From Actinomycetota bacterium (GTDB taxonomy: Bacteria; Actinomycetota; CADDZG01; JAHWKV01; JBOGWP01), in the NCBI GenBank assembly GCA_050693875.1, contig JBOGWP010000131.1, positions 1-62,325 of the forward strand: 62,325 nt of DNA, written 5' to 3'. Numbering within the stretch: position 1 is the first letter of the stretch; each line of letters begins with the position of its first letter. Below are positions 41,922 to 52,439 of the stretch, piece by piece. Made by a program: the position numbers and the translations under genes. The notes beneath the pieces were generated by a model that did not search any database, was not told the DNA's origin, and was given only the letters and a program-made list of their open reading frames with translations.

Positions 41922-43097
41922 ATGGACCTCCGGATGCGCTACCTGGATTACGCCGCAACCACGCCGGTCCTCCCCGACGTTCTCGACGCCATGTCGGGAG
42001 CCCAGCGCGACCTGTTCGGCAACCCGTCGAGTGTGTACGGGCTCGGCCGCGACTCGAAGAAGGCCCTCGAGGAGGCCCGCGAGCGCGTCGCCGCGGCGGT
42101 GGGGGCCGAGCCGGGCGAGATCGTCTTCACCGCCGGAGGCACGGAGGCCGACAACCTGGCACTGAAGGGTGCCGCCTTCAGGAGCCGGGCCCGCGGCACC
42201 CACATCATCACCACCGCGGTCGAGCACCACGCCGTGCTGCACTCGGCGGAGTGGCTCGAGCGCCAGGGGTTCCGCATCACGCATCTCCCGGTCGATGCGG
42301 ACGGGCTGGTCGATCTCGGGGCTCTCGAAGCCGCCCTGAGCCCGGAGACCATCCTGGTGTCGATCATGCTCGTCAACAACGAGATCGGTGCGATCGAGCC
42401 CGTGGCCGAAGCGGTGCGGATCGTCCGCCAGCGGTCGAGGGCGCTCGTCCACACCGACGCCGTCCAGGGGCTCGGAAAGATCCCGGTCGACGTGAAGCGG
42501 CTCGGGGTCGATTGCGCCGCGTTCGCCGCACACAAGATCGGCGGCCCGAAGGGCGTCGGTGCCCTCTACATCAAGCGGAAGACGCCGGTCGAGGCGATCC
42601 TGCACGGTGGGGGCCAGGAGCGCGACCTGCGGTCGGGGACGCCGAACGTGGCCGGGATCCTCGGTTTCTCGGTCGCGGCCGAGATCGCCGCGCGAGACGT
42701 GGGGGCTGAGACACCGCGCCTCGCCGCACTGCGCGACCGGCTGCAGGACGGCATCCTCGCCTCGATCGATCGGGTCCACGTCAACTGCGCGAGGGGGCCG
42801 CGCATCCCGGGGCTCGTCAACCTGTCGATCGATGGCATCGAGGGGGAGTCCTTGCTGCTGATGCTCGACGCGCAGGGGATCGCCGCGTCGAGCGGCTCGG
42901 CGTGCACGTCCGGTTCCCTCGACCCATCGCACGTGCTGACGGCCATGGGCGTCCCTCCCGAGCGGGCGCTCGGATCGCTGCGGCTGTCGCTCGGGCCTGC
43001 GAGCACCGGGGAGGACGTCGACGCGCTGCTCGAGGCGCTACCCCCGATTGTGGGGCGCCTGCGCTCGATCGCCCCCGTCTCCGCCGGCCGCCGGTAG
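41922..43097 (+). CDS. cysteine desulfurase (NifS/IscS class)
   Basis: YLDYAATTP, the PLP lysine in AHKIGGPKG and the active-site cysteine in SSGSACTSG. Confidence 0.92.
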   Translation: MDLRMRYLDYAATTPVLPDVLDAMSGAQRDLFGNPSSVYGLGRDSKKALEEARERVAAAVGAEPGEIVFTAGGTEADNLALKGAAFRSRARGTHIITTAVEHHAVLHSAEWLERQGFRITHLPVDADGLVDLGALEAALSPETILVSIMLVNNEIGAIEPVAEAVRIVRQRSRALVHTDAVQGLGKIPVDVKRLGVDCAAFAAHKIGGPKGVGALYIKRKTPVEAILHGGGQERDLRSGTPNVAGILGFSVAAEIAARDVGAETPRLAALRDRLQDGILASIDRVHVNCARGPRIPGLVNLSIDGIEGESLLLMLDAQGIAASSGSACTSGSLDPSHVLTAMGVPPERALGSLRLSLGPASTGEDVDALLEALPPIVGRLRSIAPVSAGRR

Positions 43098-43101
43098 CCC
43101 G

Positions 43102-44166
43102 ATGGGCCGCCGAGCGGTGGTCGCCATGTCCGGCGGCGTCGACTCATCCGTCGCCGCAGCCCTGATGAAGGACGACGGCTACGACGTCACCGGCATCATG
43201 CTGAAGCTCTGGGCCGGCGCGGCGGCGAACAACGAGAGTGGATGCTGCTCGCTCGACGCAGCCGAGGACGCACGTCGCGTGGCGCAGGTGCTCGACATCC
43301 CCTTCTACGTCTTCAACTTCGCCGAGCACTTCTCGCGCACGGTGATCGACTCGTTTGTGGCCGGCTACCGCGCCGGGCGCACGCCCAACCCTTGCGTAAC
43401 CTGCAACCGGTCCGTCAAGTTCGACGCGCTTCTCACGCGGGCCAGAGCCTTCGGAGCGGATGTGCTCGCGACCGGCCACTACGCCCGCATGGCGGAGCAG
43501 GACGGACGGTTGCGGATGCTGCGGGGACGCGACCCCGGCAAGGACCAGTCGTACGTCCTCTACATGCTCGGCCAGCCGGAGCTCTCCGCCGTACGTTTCC
43601 CCGTTGGCGAGTACCGCAAGGAGGAGATCCGCCGGATCGCAGCCGAGCTTGGGCTGCGCACCGCCCACAAGCCCGACAGCCAGGAGATCTGTTTCGTTCC
43701 CTCCGGTGACAGCCATGCCTTCCTCGAGGAGGCCGTGCCTCAGGGCTCGCGACCCGGCCCGGTGCTCGACCTGGCGGGGCGGCGCATCGGCACCCACCGA
43801 GGCTACGCCCACTACACCGTCGGTCAGCGGCGCGGGCTCGGCGTGGCGGTGGGAGCGCCGGTCTTCGTCCACGAGGTGCGGCCCGCCGAGAACGCCGTGA
43901 TCGTCGCGCCCCCCCTGGCGATGAGCGCCCGAGAGCTCGACCTCGAGGAGGTCTCGTTTGTGTCCGGGGCGGCCCCCGACCGCGTCGCCGCCTCGGTCAT
44001 GACCAGGTACCGCGGGCCCGAGGCGCCCGCATTGGCCGAGCGCCGCGGCGACGGTTGGACGGTGCGCTTCGACGAGCCCCAGCGGACCCCGGCACCCGGT
44101 CAGGCAGCCGTCTTCTACGACGGCGACGAGGTCCTGGGCGGGGGCACGATCGCCACCGTGCGGTGA
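43102..44166 (+). CDS. mnmA: tRNA 2-thiouridine(34) synthase
   Basis: PP-loop AMSGGVDSS, catalytic TPNPCVTCN and DQSYVL. Confidence 0.92.
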   Translation: MGRRAVVAMSGGVDSSVAAALMKDDGYDVTGIMLKLWAGAAANNESGCCSLDAAEDARRVAQVLDIPFYVFNFAEHFSRTVIDSFVAGYRAGRTPNPCVTCNRSVKFDALLTRARAFGADVLATGHYARMAEQDGRLRMLRGRDPGKDQSYVLYMLGQPELSAVRFPVGEYRKEEIRRIAAELGLRTAHKPDSQEICFVPSGDSHAFLEEAVPQGSRPGPVLDLAGRRIGTHRGYAHYTVGQRRGLGVAVGAPVFVHEVRPAENAVIVAPPLAMSARELDLEEVSFVSGAAPDRVAASVMTRYRGPEAPALAERRGDGWTVRFDEPQRTPAPGQAAVFYDGDEVLGGGTIATVR

Positions 44167-44195
44167 GGGAGGGGCGGGCGCCGGCCGCCGTCCGG

Positions 44196-44945
44196 GTGCT
44201 TGGACCAGAGCCCCCTTCCGTGCCTGCCCGACGGGGGCCCCGCGGCCTGGTGACGTTCGAGATCGCGGTGGGCGACCTCCTGCTGGAGATCCACATCGCC
44301 GAGGAGCGCCGAGTGGAGGCGCTCCGAGCCGCGCAGGGGCACTGGGAGCAGGTGGCCGGCTTCCTCGCGGCGCACCCGGCCTTCGTCGACGCGTTCGTCC
44401 CGGTCGACGTCGAGGGACCGTTGCCGCCGGTCGTCGAGGCGATGTCCGGCGCATCCAAGGCGCTGGGAACCGCGCCGATGGTCGCCCTGCCGGGCGCCCT
44501 CGCCGAGGCGATTGCCCGCGACCTCGCCGCGGCAGGCACTCCGGTCGCGATCTCCACCGAAGGCGACACGTTCGCCATCGGTTCCGAGCCGCGCCGGTTC
44601 CTCGTCGAGCTTCCGTCGACGGTGGCCCCATCCGGCATCGGCGTCCGGGTGGCATCGCGCCGGCCCTACGCGTTCTACGCCTCGACGATCAGGTCCCGGA
44701 TCCATCCCGCCGTCGGCTATGCCCGGGCCGTGGCGGTGCTGGCCGAGCACGGCGCGTTGGCCGATGCCGCCGCCAGCGCCATGGGGATGGCGATGGTGCG
44801 ACGCGAGCAGATCGACCGGGCAATCGAACGGGTGCGCGGGATTGCCGGCGTCCGCGGGGCCTTGCTGCTGATCGACGAGACCGTGGCGGTGTGGGGAAGC
44901 CTCGAGCTGACCGGAGCCCTCGCCCGCGCCTCCGGCAGTCGCTGA
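44196..44945 (+). CDS. conserved hypothetical protein (possibly UPF0280/ApbE-superfamily-like)
   Basis: Coding-like ORF after mnmA. The family assignment is a weak recollection only. The start is GTG 44196 or GTG 44250. Confidence 0.55.
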   Translation: MLGPEPPSVPARRGPRGLVTFEIAVGDLLLEIHIAEERRVEALRAAQGHWEQVAGFLAAHPAFVDAFVPVDVEGPLPPVVEAMSGASKALGTAPMVALPGALAEAIARDLAAAGTPVAISTEGDTFAIGSEPRRFLVELPSTVAPSGIGVRVASRRPYAFYASTIRSRIHPAVGYARAVAVLAEHGALADAAASAMGMAMVRREQIDRAIERVRGIAGVRGALLLIDETVAVWGSLELTGALARASGSR

Positions 44946-44951
44946 TCCGAT

Positions 44952-44969
44952 CCGCGCCTCGGGGCGCGG
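44952..44969. terminator. hairpin between convergent genes
   Basis: CCGCGCC-TCGG-GGCGCGG, located 7 nt after the stop at 44945. Confidence 0.4.
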
Positions 44970-45090
44970 GGAGCCCAGGGAGCCCAGGCGCCAACGGTCG
45001 CCGAGTCACCCCCCGCCGGCCAGGAGCGACCGAGTGAGTCACGTCGGCGGCCGCTGGGGAGAGGGCCTGGGCAACCCCCTGATCAGAAGC

Positions 45091-45870
45091 TCACCCCGGG
45101 ATGGTGAGCGTGCCGTGCATCGTGGCGGCGTGGCCTGGGACCGCGCAGTAGTAGCGGTAGGTGCCCGGGGCGGCCCGAACGATTACCCTGCCCTGGCTCT
45201 GGGCCGGGACGGTGGCGTTCACCACCCCGTCGATGGTGAAGGTGTGGATCGTGGGATCGCGGTTCGCGACGTGCACGATCACGTCGCCGCCGGTCGCGTC
45301 CAGAGATCGCGCCGAGAACCCGACGTCCTTCATCACGATGCTCAGGTCGCCGGGGCGGGCGTCCGCGGCGCGGAAGCCGAGGCGGGCGATTCCGCCTGCG
45401 GCGACGAGGGCCACGAGCACCCCGGCGGCGATGCCGCCAACGATCGAAGGGGCACGGCGCGGACCGGGCGCCGGCGCCCGAGCTTCGAGCAGCGCCCCCA
45501 CCGCCGAGATCACCCCGACGAAGGCAGCGACGAGCAGGCCCAGGAAGAGCCCACCCTCGCGGTCGAAGATGGCGAGCGGGTTGGTTACGAGGAAGGGAGC
45601 CACCGCTCCGAACATGACCGAGATGACCAGGGCGGGCAGGCCGGCTACGACGACGCCGGTCCTCCCCCTCCGCCGGAGGAGCAGCCAGCCGAGGAGGAAC
45701 AGCCCCCCGAGCGCCAGGAACGCGGGATCGGGCCCGAAGAGCAGGTTGCCGGCAACGATCAGCGCGAGGTCGAGGGCCGCGGCCATCCCCAGGAGTCTCC
45801 GCCAGGTGATGCCCGCCGCCGCATCGTCGGCAGGCCTGCCGGTCGAGGTTTCCATCGCGATCTGCCTCAT
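45091..45870 (-). CDS. multi-TM protein with a C-terminal cupredoxin domain
   Basis: Four to five hydrophobic helices followed by a type-1-copper-like pattern IHTFTI ... YYCAVPGHAATMHG. AAAGGAG lies upstream of ATG 45870. Confidence 0.78.
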   Translation of the reverse strand: MRQIAMETSTGRPADDAAAGITWRRLLGMAAALDLALIVAGNLLFGPDPAFLALGGLFLLGWLLLRRRGRTGVVVAGLPALVISVMFGAVAPFLVTNPLAIFDREGGLFLGLLVAAFVGVISAVGALLEARAPAPGPRRAPSIVGGIAAGVLVALVAAGGIARLGFRAADARPGDLSIVMKDVGFSARSLDATGGDVIVHVANRDPTIHTFTIDGVVNATVPAQSQGRVIVRAAPGTYRYYCAVPGHAATMHGTLTIPG

Positions 45871-45900
45871 GGGAGGGTGCTCCTTTCGAGTGTTGGCTGC

Positions 45901-45950
45901 CGGGTCGCTTCGCTCCCCGGTACAGGTTGGAAAGGCATGGGGCCGGCTTC
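45901..45950. repeat. inverted copy of the roughly 50-nt element also seen at 29098-29147
   Basis: 45901-45926 is the exact reverse complement of 29122-29147, and the similarity extends about 22 nt further. Confidence 0.8.
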
Positions 45951-46085
45951 GCCGGCAGTCCTCTATGCCGGCAGGGCCTCGCTTCGCTCGGTGCCTGCCG
46001 GGCCTCGCTGGGCGAGCCGAGGCTTCGCCGGCAGTCCTCTATGCCGGCAGCGCCTCACTCCGTTCGGCGCCTGCCGGGCCCAACT
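45945..46085. repeat. tandem direct repeat, 2 x 76 bp
   Basis: Units start at 45945 and 46021. The first 30 nt are identical (GGCTTCGCCGGCAGTCCTCTATGCCGGCAG) and 55 of the first 60 nt match. Each unit has GCCGGCAG twice plus an inverted CCTGCCGG, giving a hairpin. Confidence 0.85.
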
Positions 46086-46157
46086 CGAGGTCGCCCCGGT
46101 CGGTCTCCCAAAACTTGACTCATTCGCACCAACTTCGGCACTTCGAGCTGGGCTAGG

Positions 46158-47432
46158 CTAGGGGACGGCAGCCTCGATCTGGAGCAGCTTGACTCCCCGG
46201 CGCTGACGGCTCATCCAGCGCCGCATCGCTCTCCAGTCGAGGAGGGTCGCCGCGACGAGCAGAGCGGCTCCAACCCGGTCCGACACGGTGAAGACCGCCG
46301 ATCCGTCGGCGACGAAGTGGGTGATGAGGTGCGTCGCCACCAGCATCGCTCCGGCGGCTGCCACCCACAGGCTGACCCGGTCGCGGTGGCGCCGGTAGCG
46401 CCGCCAGACCAGGAAGAGGACAACCGGCGCAGTCACCAGGGAGATCACGTGGAGCGGGAAGAGCACCCCCAGCCCCACCCCCAGAGCAGTCAACGGCGCC
46501 AACGCCGCCTGAACCGTGCACCCGATGCAGATCGGCGACATCGCCGCCGACCATCCCACCGCGCTCGGAGAGGGAAACCCCAGCCTGGCGAGCACACCCC
46601 TCATGACGAATCCTTCTTTTCGGTCTCCGAGCTTCGTGTCGCCTGCGCGTCGGGCCTCGTGTCGCTTGCGCTCCTTGGTCGAGTCGCACTCCACGCACCA
46701 CGCCACCCGGCGATGGAGCTCGGGAGGCATCGGGGGCTGATGGACCACGGCGAGGTGGTAGAGCAGCTCCCGGAGCCGGTCGCCGGAGATGGCCGGATGG
46801 GCCCTCTCGAGGACGTCTTCGATGACGTCGTCGAGGACGACGGGGGACTGCTCAACGTCCGTGCGTGGCCGTCGGGACATCGCCTCCGCCAGCCTGGCGA
46901 CGGCGCGGGAGACGATCATCTTCGCGGCCCCGGTGGAGGCGCCCAGGACCTCCCCAACCTCCGCCATCCTGAGTCGTGCCGCAAACCGGAGGGCCAGCGC
47001 ATCCCGCTCCCGGCCGTTGAGCGATCGCAGCGCCACGCCGAGCTCGACCAGGAGCTCCTCCCTGAGCACGGCCCCCTCGGGCGACTCCCCGGCTCCGTCC
47101 ATGAAGGCCTCCTCCCCGCTCGGGGCTGTGAGGTCCCCGCCCTCCTTCCTCAGCCAGTCGACCACCGCCCGGTGGGCGATGCCGAAGAGCCAGGGGCCGA
47201 CCTCCCCCCGCCTGGGATCGAAGCGCGGCCACCCCCGCCAGGCGCGGACGAAGACGTCGCTCGTCACGTCCTGGGCTTCGTGGTAGTCGGGGATCCTGGA
47301 CCGGACGTACCGCCACACCGGCGCCAGACGCTCTTTGTAGACGTCGGCGAACTCCGGGGCCGGTCGCTCAGATGCCTCCGCCGCAGCTCTCACACCTATG
47401 AATTCGGAGCCATGGCCGAAAGGTAACAGCAT
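46158..47432 (-). CDS. ECF sigma factor fused to a Cys/His linker and a four-TM CxxC membrane domain
   Basis: A single stop-free frame of 424 codons from ATG 47432. Sigma region 2 (EAQDVTSDVFVRAWRGW, PWLFGIAHRAVVDWLR) and region 4 (LNGRERDALALRFAARLRMAEVGEVLG) are followed by ELHRRVAWCVEC and then by TM helices beginning AMSPICIGCTVQAALAPL. Confidence 0.75.
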   Translation of the reverse strand: MLLPFGHGSEFIGVRAAAEASERPAPEFADVYKERLAPVWRYVRSRIPDYHEAQDVTSDVFVRAWRGWPRFDPRRGEVGPWLFGIAHRAVVDWLRKEGGDLTAPSGEEAFMDGAGESPEGAVLREELLVELGVALRSLNGRERDALALRFAARLRMAEVGEVLGASTGAAKMIVSRAVARLAEAMSRRPRTDVEQSPVVLDDVIEDVLERAHPAISGDRLRELLYHLAVVHQPPMPPELHRRVAWCVECDSTKERKRHEARRAGDTKLGDRKEGFVMRGVLARLGFPSPSAVGWSAAMSPICIGCTVQAALAPLTALGVGLGVLFPLHVISLVTAPVVLFLVWRRYRRHRDRVSLWVAAAGAMLVATHLITHFVADGSAVFTVSDRVGAALLVAATLLDWRAMRRWMSRQRRGVKLLQIEAAVP

Positions 47433-47491
47433 CTTCACGCCGGGGCCCAGAAAAGCGGGGGAGTCGGTCGCGAGGCAACGAAATATCGTAG

Positions 47492-49860
<2,369 letters not shown>

Positions 49861-49971
49861 CCTCCCGCCGAACCCCACCGCAAGGGGCCGATGAGACTCT
49901 TCTCGCAGCGACCGCCACATGTGGCGCTCATCGCAAGGAGAGTCTGAATGCGACCATCGCAATAGCGCGGG

Positions 49972-49994
49972 TTGTCACCCCCTCCCGGTAAAAC
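49972..49994 (+). promoter_or_regulatory. candidate RecA-independent DNA-damage promoter (RecA-NDp/PafBC-type) for recN
   Basis: TTGTCA (49972-49977), 11 nt, then TAAAAC (49989-49994). It matches the TTGTCR core and spacing of the tTGTCRgtg-N8-TAnnnT motif but not the gtg or the final T. Confidence 0.3.
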
Positions 49995-50065
49995 ATCTGC
50001 GAAAGCCGCGGATTCGCTCAGCGGCTGCCATAGCCTGCTTTCGACGGGACGCAAAGGGGGATCCT

Positions 50066-51790
50066 CTGGGCCTGCTCGAGCTCGACATCTCGAACTTTGC
50101 CGTGATCTCCCATCTCCGGCTCGAGTTCGCGCGGGGGTTCACGGTCATCACGGGAGAGACGGGTGCGGGGAAGTCGGTCGTGCTCGAGGCGCTGGGACTC
50201 CTGCTCGGCGGACGGGCGGGGGCCGAGGTGGTCCGCGCCGGAGCCGACCGGGCCCTCGTCGAGGGAGTGTTCGACGTGGAGGGGCTCGCGCTCGGCTCGC
50301 TCTCCGAGGGTGGGATCGAATCTGAGGACGGGCTCCTGATTCTCTCGCGCGAGATTGCGCGGGCCGGGCGAAGCGTTGCCCGCGTGAACGGTCGGCCGGT
50401 TCCCCGGCGGCTGCTCCAAGCGGTGGGCGAGGAGCTGGTGGACCTGCATGGCCAGAGCGAGCATCTCTCGCTGCGCCGGCCGGCCCGTCAGCTGGAGCTG
50501 GTCGATCGCTACGCCGGGACGACGGGCCTGCGGCAGGAGACCGGGGCAGCGGTCGGGAGGCTCCGCTCGCTGCGGGGGGAGCTCGAGGCGTTGCGGCGGT
50601 CGGACCGCGAGGCGGCCCGGCGTGCCGACCTCCTCGAATATCAGGTGCGCGAGATCCGCGCGGCGCGCCTCGAGTCCGGAGAGAAGGATGCGTTGGAGCG
50701 CGAGCGGGCGATCCAGGGTGCGGCCGAGCGGATCACCGAGCTGGCGGCCCTCGCGCTCGGGAGGCTCGCCGGCGACGAGGAGCGAAGCGCCGTCGATCAG
50801 CTGGCCCACGCCGTCGCGGCGCTCTCGACGCTGGAGGGTCTCGATCGGAGCGCCGGCGAACTTCGCGAGTTGGCCGAGACGATCCGCATCCAGATCGACG
50901 ACTTGCAGCGGGAGTTGCGGCGCTACCGCGAGTCGGTCGAGCACGACCCCGCGCGGCTGTCGGAGGTGGAGGACCGGCTCGGCGTGATCGCCGCGCTCGA
51001 GCGCAAGTACGGCGACGGGGTCGAGGAGATCCTCTCCTTTTGCGAGCACGCCGAGGCGGAGCTCGCTTCCCTGAACGAGCGCGAAGAGCACGCCGCCAAG
51101 ATCGAGGAGGCCGAGCGCGCGCTGCTGGGCGAGATCGCCGAGCGCTGCGGACGGCTCTCGCGGCAACGACGTGACGCCGCGAGCGAGCTGGCTGGGGCGG
51201 TGCGCCGCGAGCTCGGCGCTCTCGGCATGACCGAAGTGCGCTTCGAGGTCGAGCTCGGCGTCGAACCCGCTGCCGGGGGCGTGGTCGTGCCGGAGATCGG
51301 CGGCAGCCGCGAGGGGCTTGCGTTCGACGCCACGGGCGTCGACCGAGTTCGGTTTGTCCTCTCAGCAAACCCGGGGGAGCCGGTTGCCCCGCTCGCCGCG
51401 GTCGCCTCCGGGGGCGAGGTCGCCCGCATCATGCTCGGTGTGAAGTCGGCGCTCACCCGCGCCGATCCTGTCCCGACGCTCGTCTTCGACGAGATCGATG
51501 CGGGCGTGGGCGGCCGTGTGGGGGCTGCGGTAGGCCGGGCCCTGGCGGAGCTCGGCAAGACCCATCAGGTCATCGCGGTAACCCACCTGCCCCAGATCGC
51601 CGCCTATGCCGAGTCGCACGTCCGGTTGCGAAAGACGGTCGCCGGCGACCGCACCGTGACCGTGGCCGATCCGCTCTCGGACGACGAGCGGCTGGGAGAG
51701 CTGGCGGTGATGCTCGGCTCGGCGAGCGAGGCGAGCCGAGGCCGGGCGGCGGAGCTGCTCTCCGAGGCGGGGCGCAAGAGCGGCGGATAA
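50066..51790 (+). CDS. recN: DNA repair protein RecN
   Basis: LLELDISNFAVISHLRLEF..VITGETGAGKSVVLEALGLLLGGRA (Walker A), a long coiled coil and a C-terminal SGGE...FDEIDAGVGG. The conserved N-terminus aligns to CTG codons at 50066/50072 after AAAGGGGGA. The only canonical in-frame start, ATG 49919, would add 49 non-conserved residues. Confidence 0.85.
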   Translation: MGLLELDISNFAVISHLRLEFARGFTVITGETGAGKSVVLEALGLLLGGRAGAEVVRAGADRALVEGVFDVEGLALGSLSEGGIESEDGLLILSREIARAGRSVARVNGRPVPRRLLQAVGEELVDLHGQSEHLSLRRPARQLELVDRYAGTTGLRQETGAAVGRLRSLRGELEALRRSDREAARRADLLEYQVREIRAARLESGEKDALERERAIQGAAERITELAALALGRLAGDEERSAVDQLAHAVAALSTLEGLDRSAGELRELAETIRIQIDDLQRELRRYRESVEHDPARLSEVEDRLGVIAALERKYGDGVEEILSFCEHAEAELASLNEREEHAAKIEEAERALLGEIAERCGRLSRQRRDAASELAGAVRRELGALGMTEVRFEVELGVEPAAGGVVVPEIGGSREGLAFDATGVDRVRFVLSANPGEPVAPLAAVASGGEVARIMLGVKSALTRADPVPTLVFDEIDAGVGGRVGAAVGRALAELGKTHQVIAVTHLPQIAAYAESHVRLRKTVAGDRTVTVADPLSDDERLGELAVMLGSASEASRGRAAELLSEAGRKSGG

Positions 51791-52439
51791 GCCAGCCCGG
51801 GGCGGCCGGCCCGCGGCGGCTCTGAGAGCTCACCCCAGGGATGGCGATTTGACAACGCTCGGGCGATTTAGTACGTACGCGGGGAGTGGGGGGCATCGGG
51901 TCGTTCTCAGGGGCGTTTGTCGGCGTTCGCTCCTGGGCGCCCCGGAGCCGTCGAACCCGGCTCAGGATCTCCCCGCCCGATGGCAGTTATGGAAGACGAT
52001 CAGAGTCGGCGTGTTCGACCGCACGAGATCTTTTGCCGTGGAGTGGAGGCCTATCTGGACGAGGACCCACTCCTCGAAGTCGTGAAAGGGCAGCCGGCGG
52101 GTTCTCTCCCGGATCTCGACGTGGCGGTCGTGTCTCCCGGCTCTGCCGGGAGGATAGGGGTCGGGTGCCCCCGTGTGCTGTGTTCGGCAGAGCCGGCCGC
52201 GGTCGAGAACTGGGGCCGTCGGGACAACGTCTATGCGGTCCTTCCCCGCACCACCCTGACCCCCAAGCAGCTCATCGCGGCAGTCCATGCGCGGCCGCGG
52301 GCCTGCGCGTCGCGGAGGCGCGCGACCCACCGGGCTACGCCCTCTCCGGGGCATCGCGGCGTGATGCGGGTGGTGGCGGCATGCTCTACACTGGTTTCAG
52401 ATCCTGACCCGTGGGTCAAGATCCCGAATGGGGGTCTGC

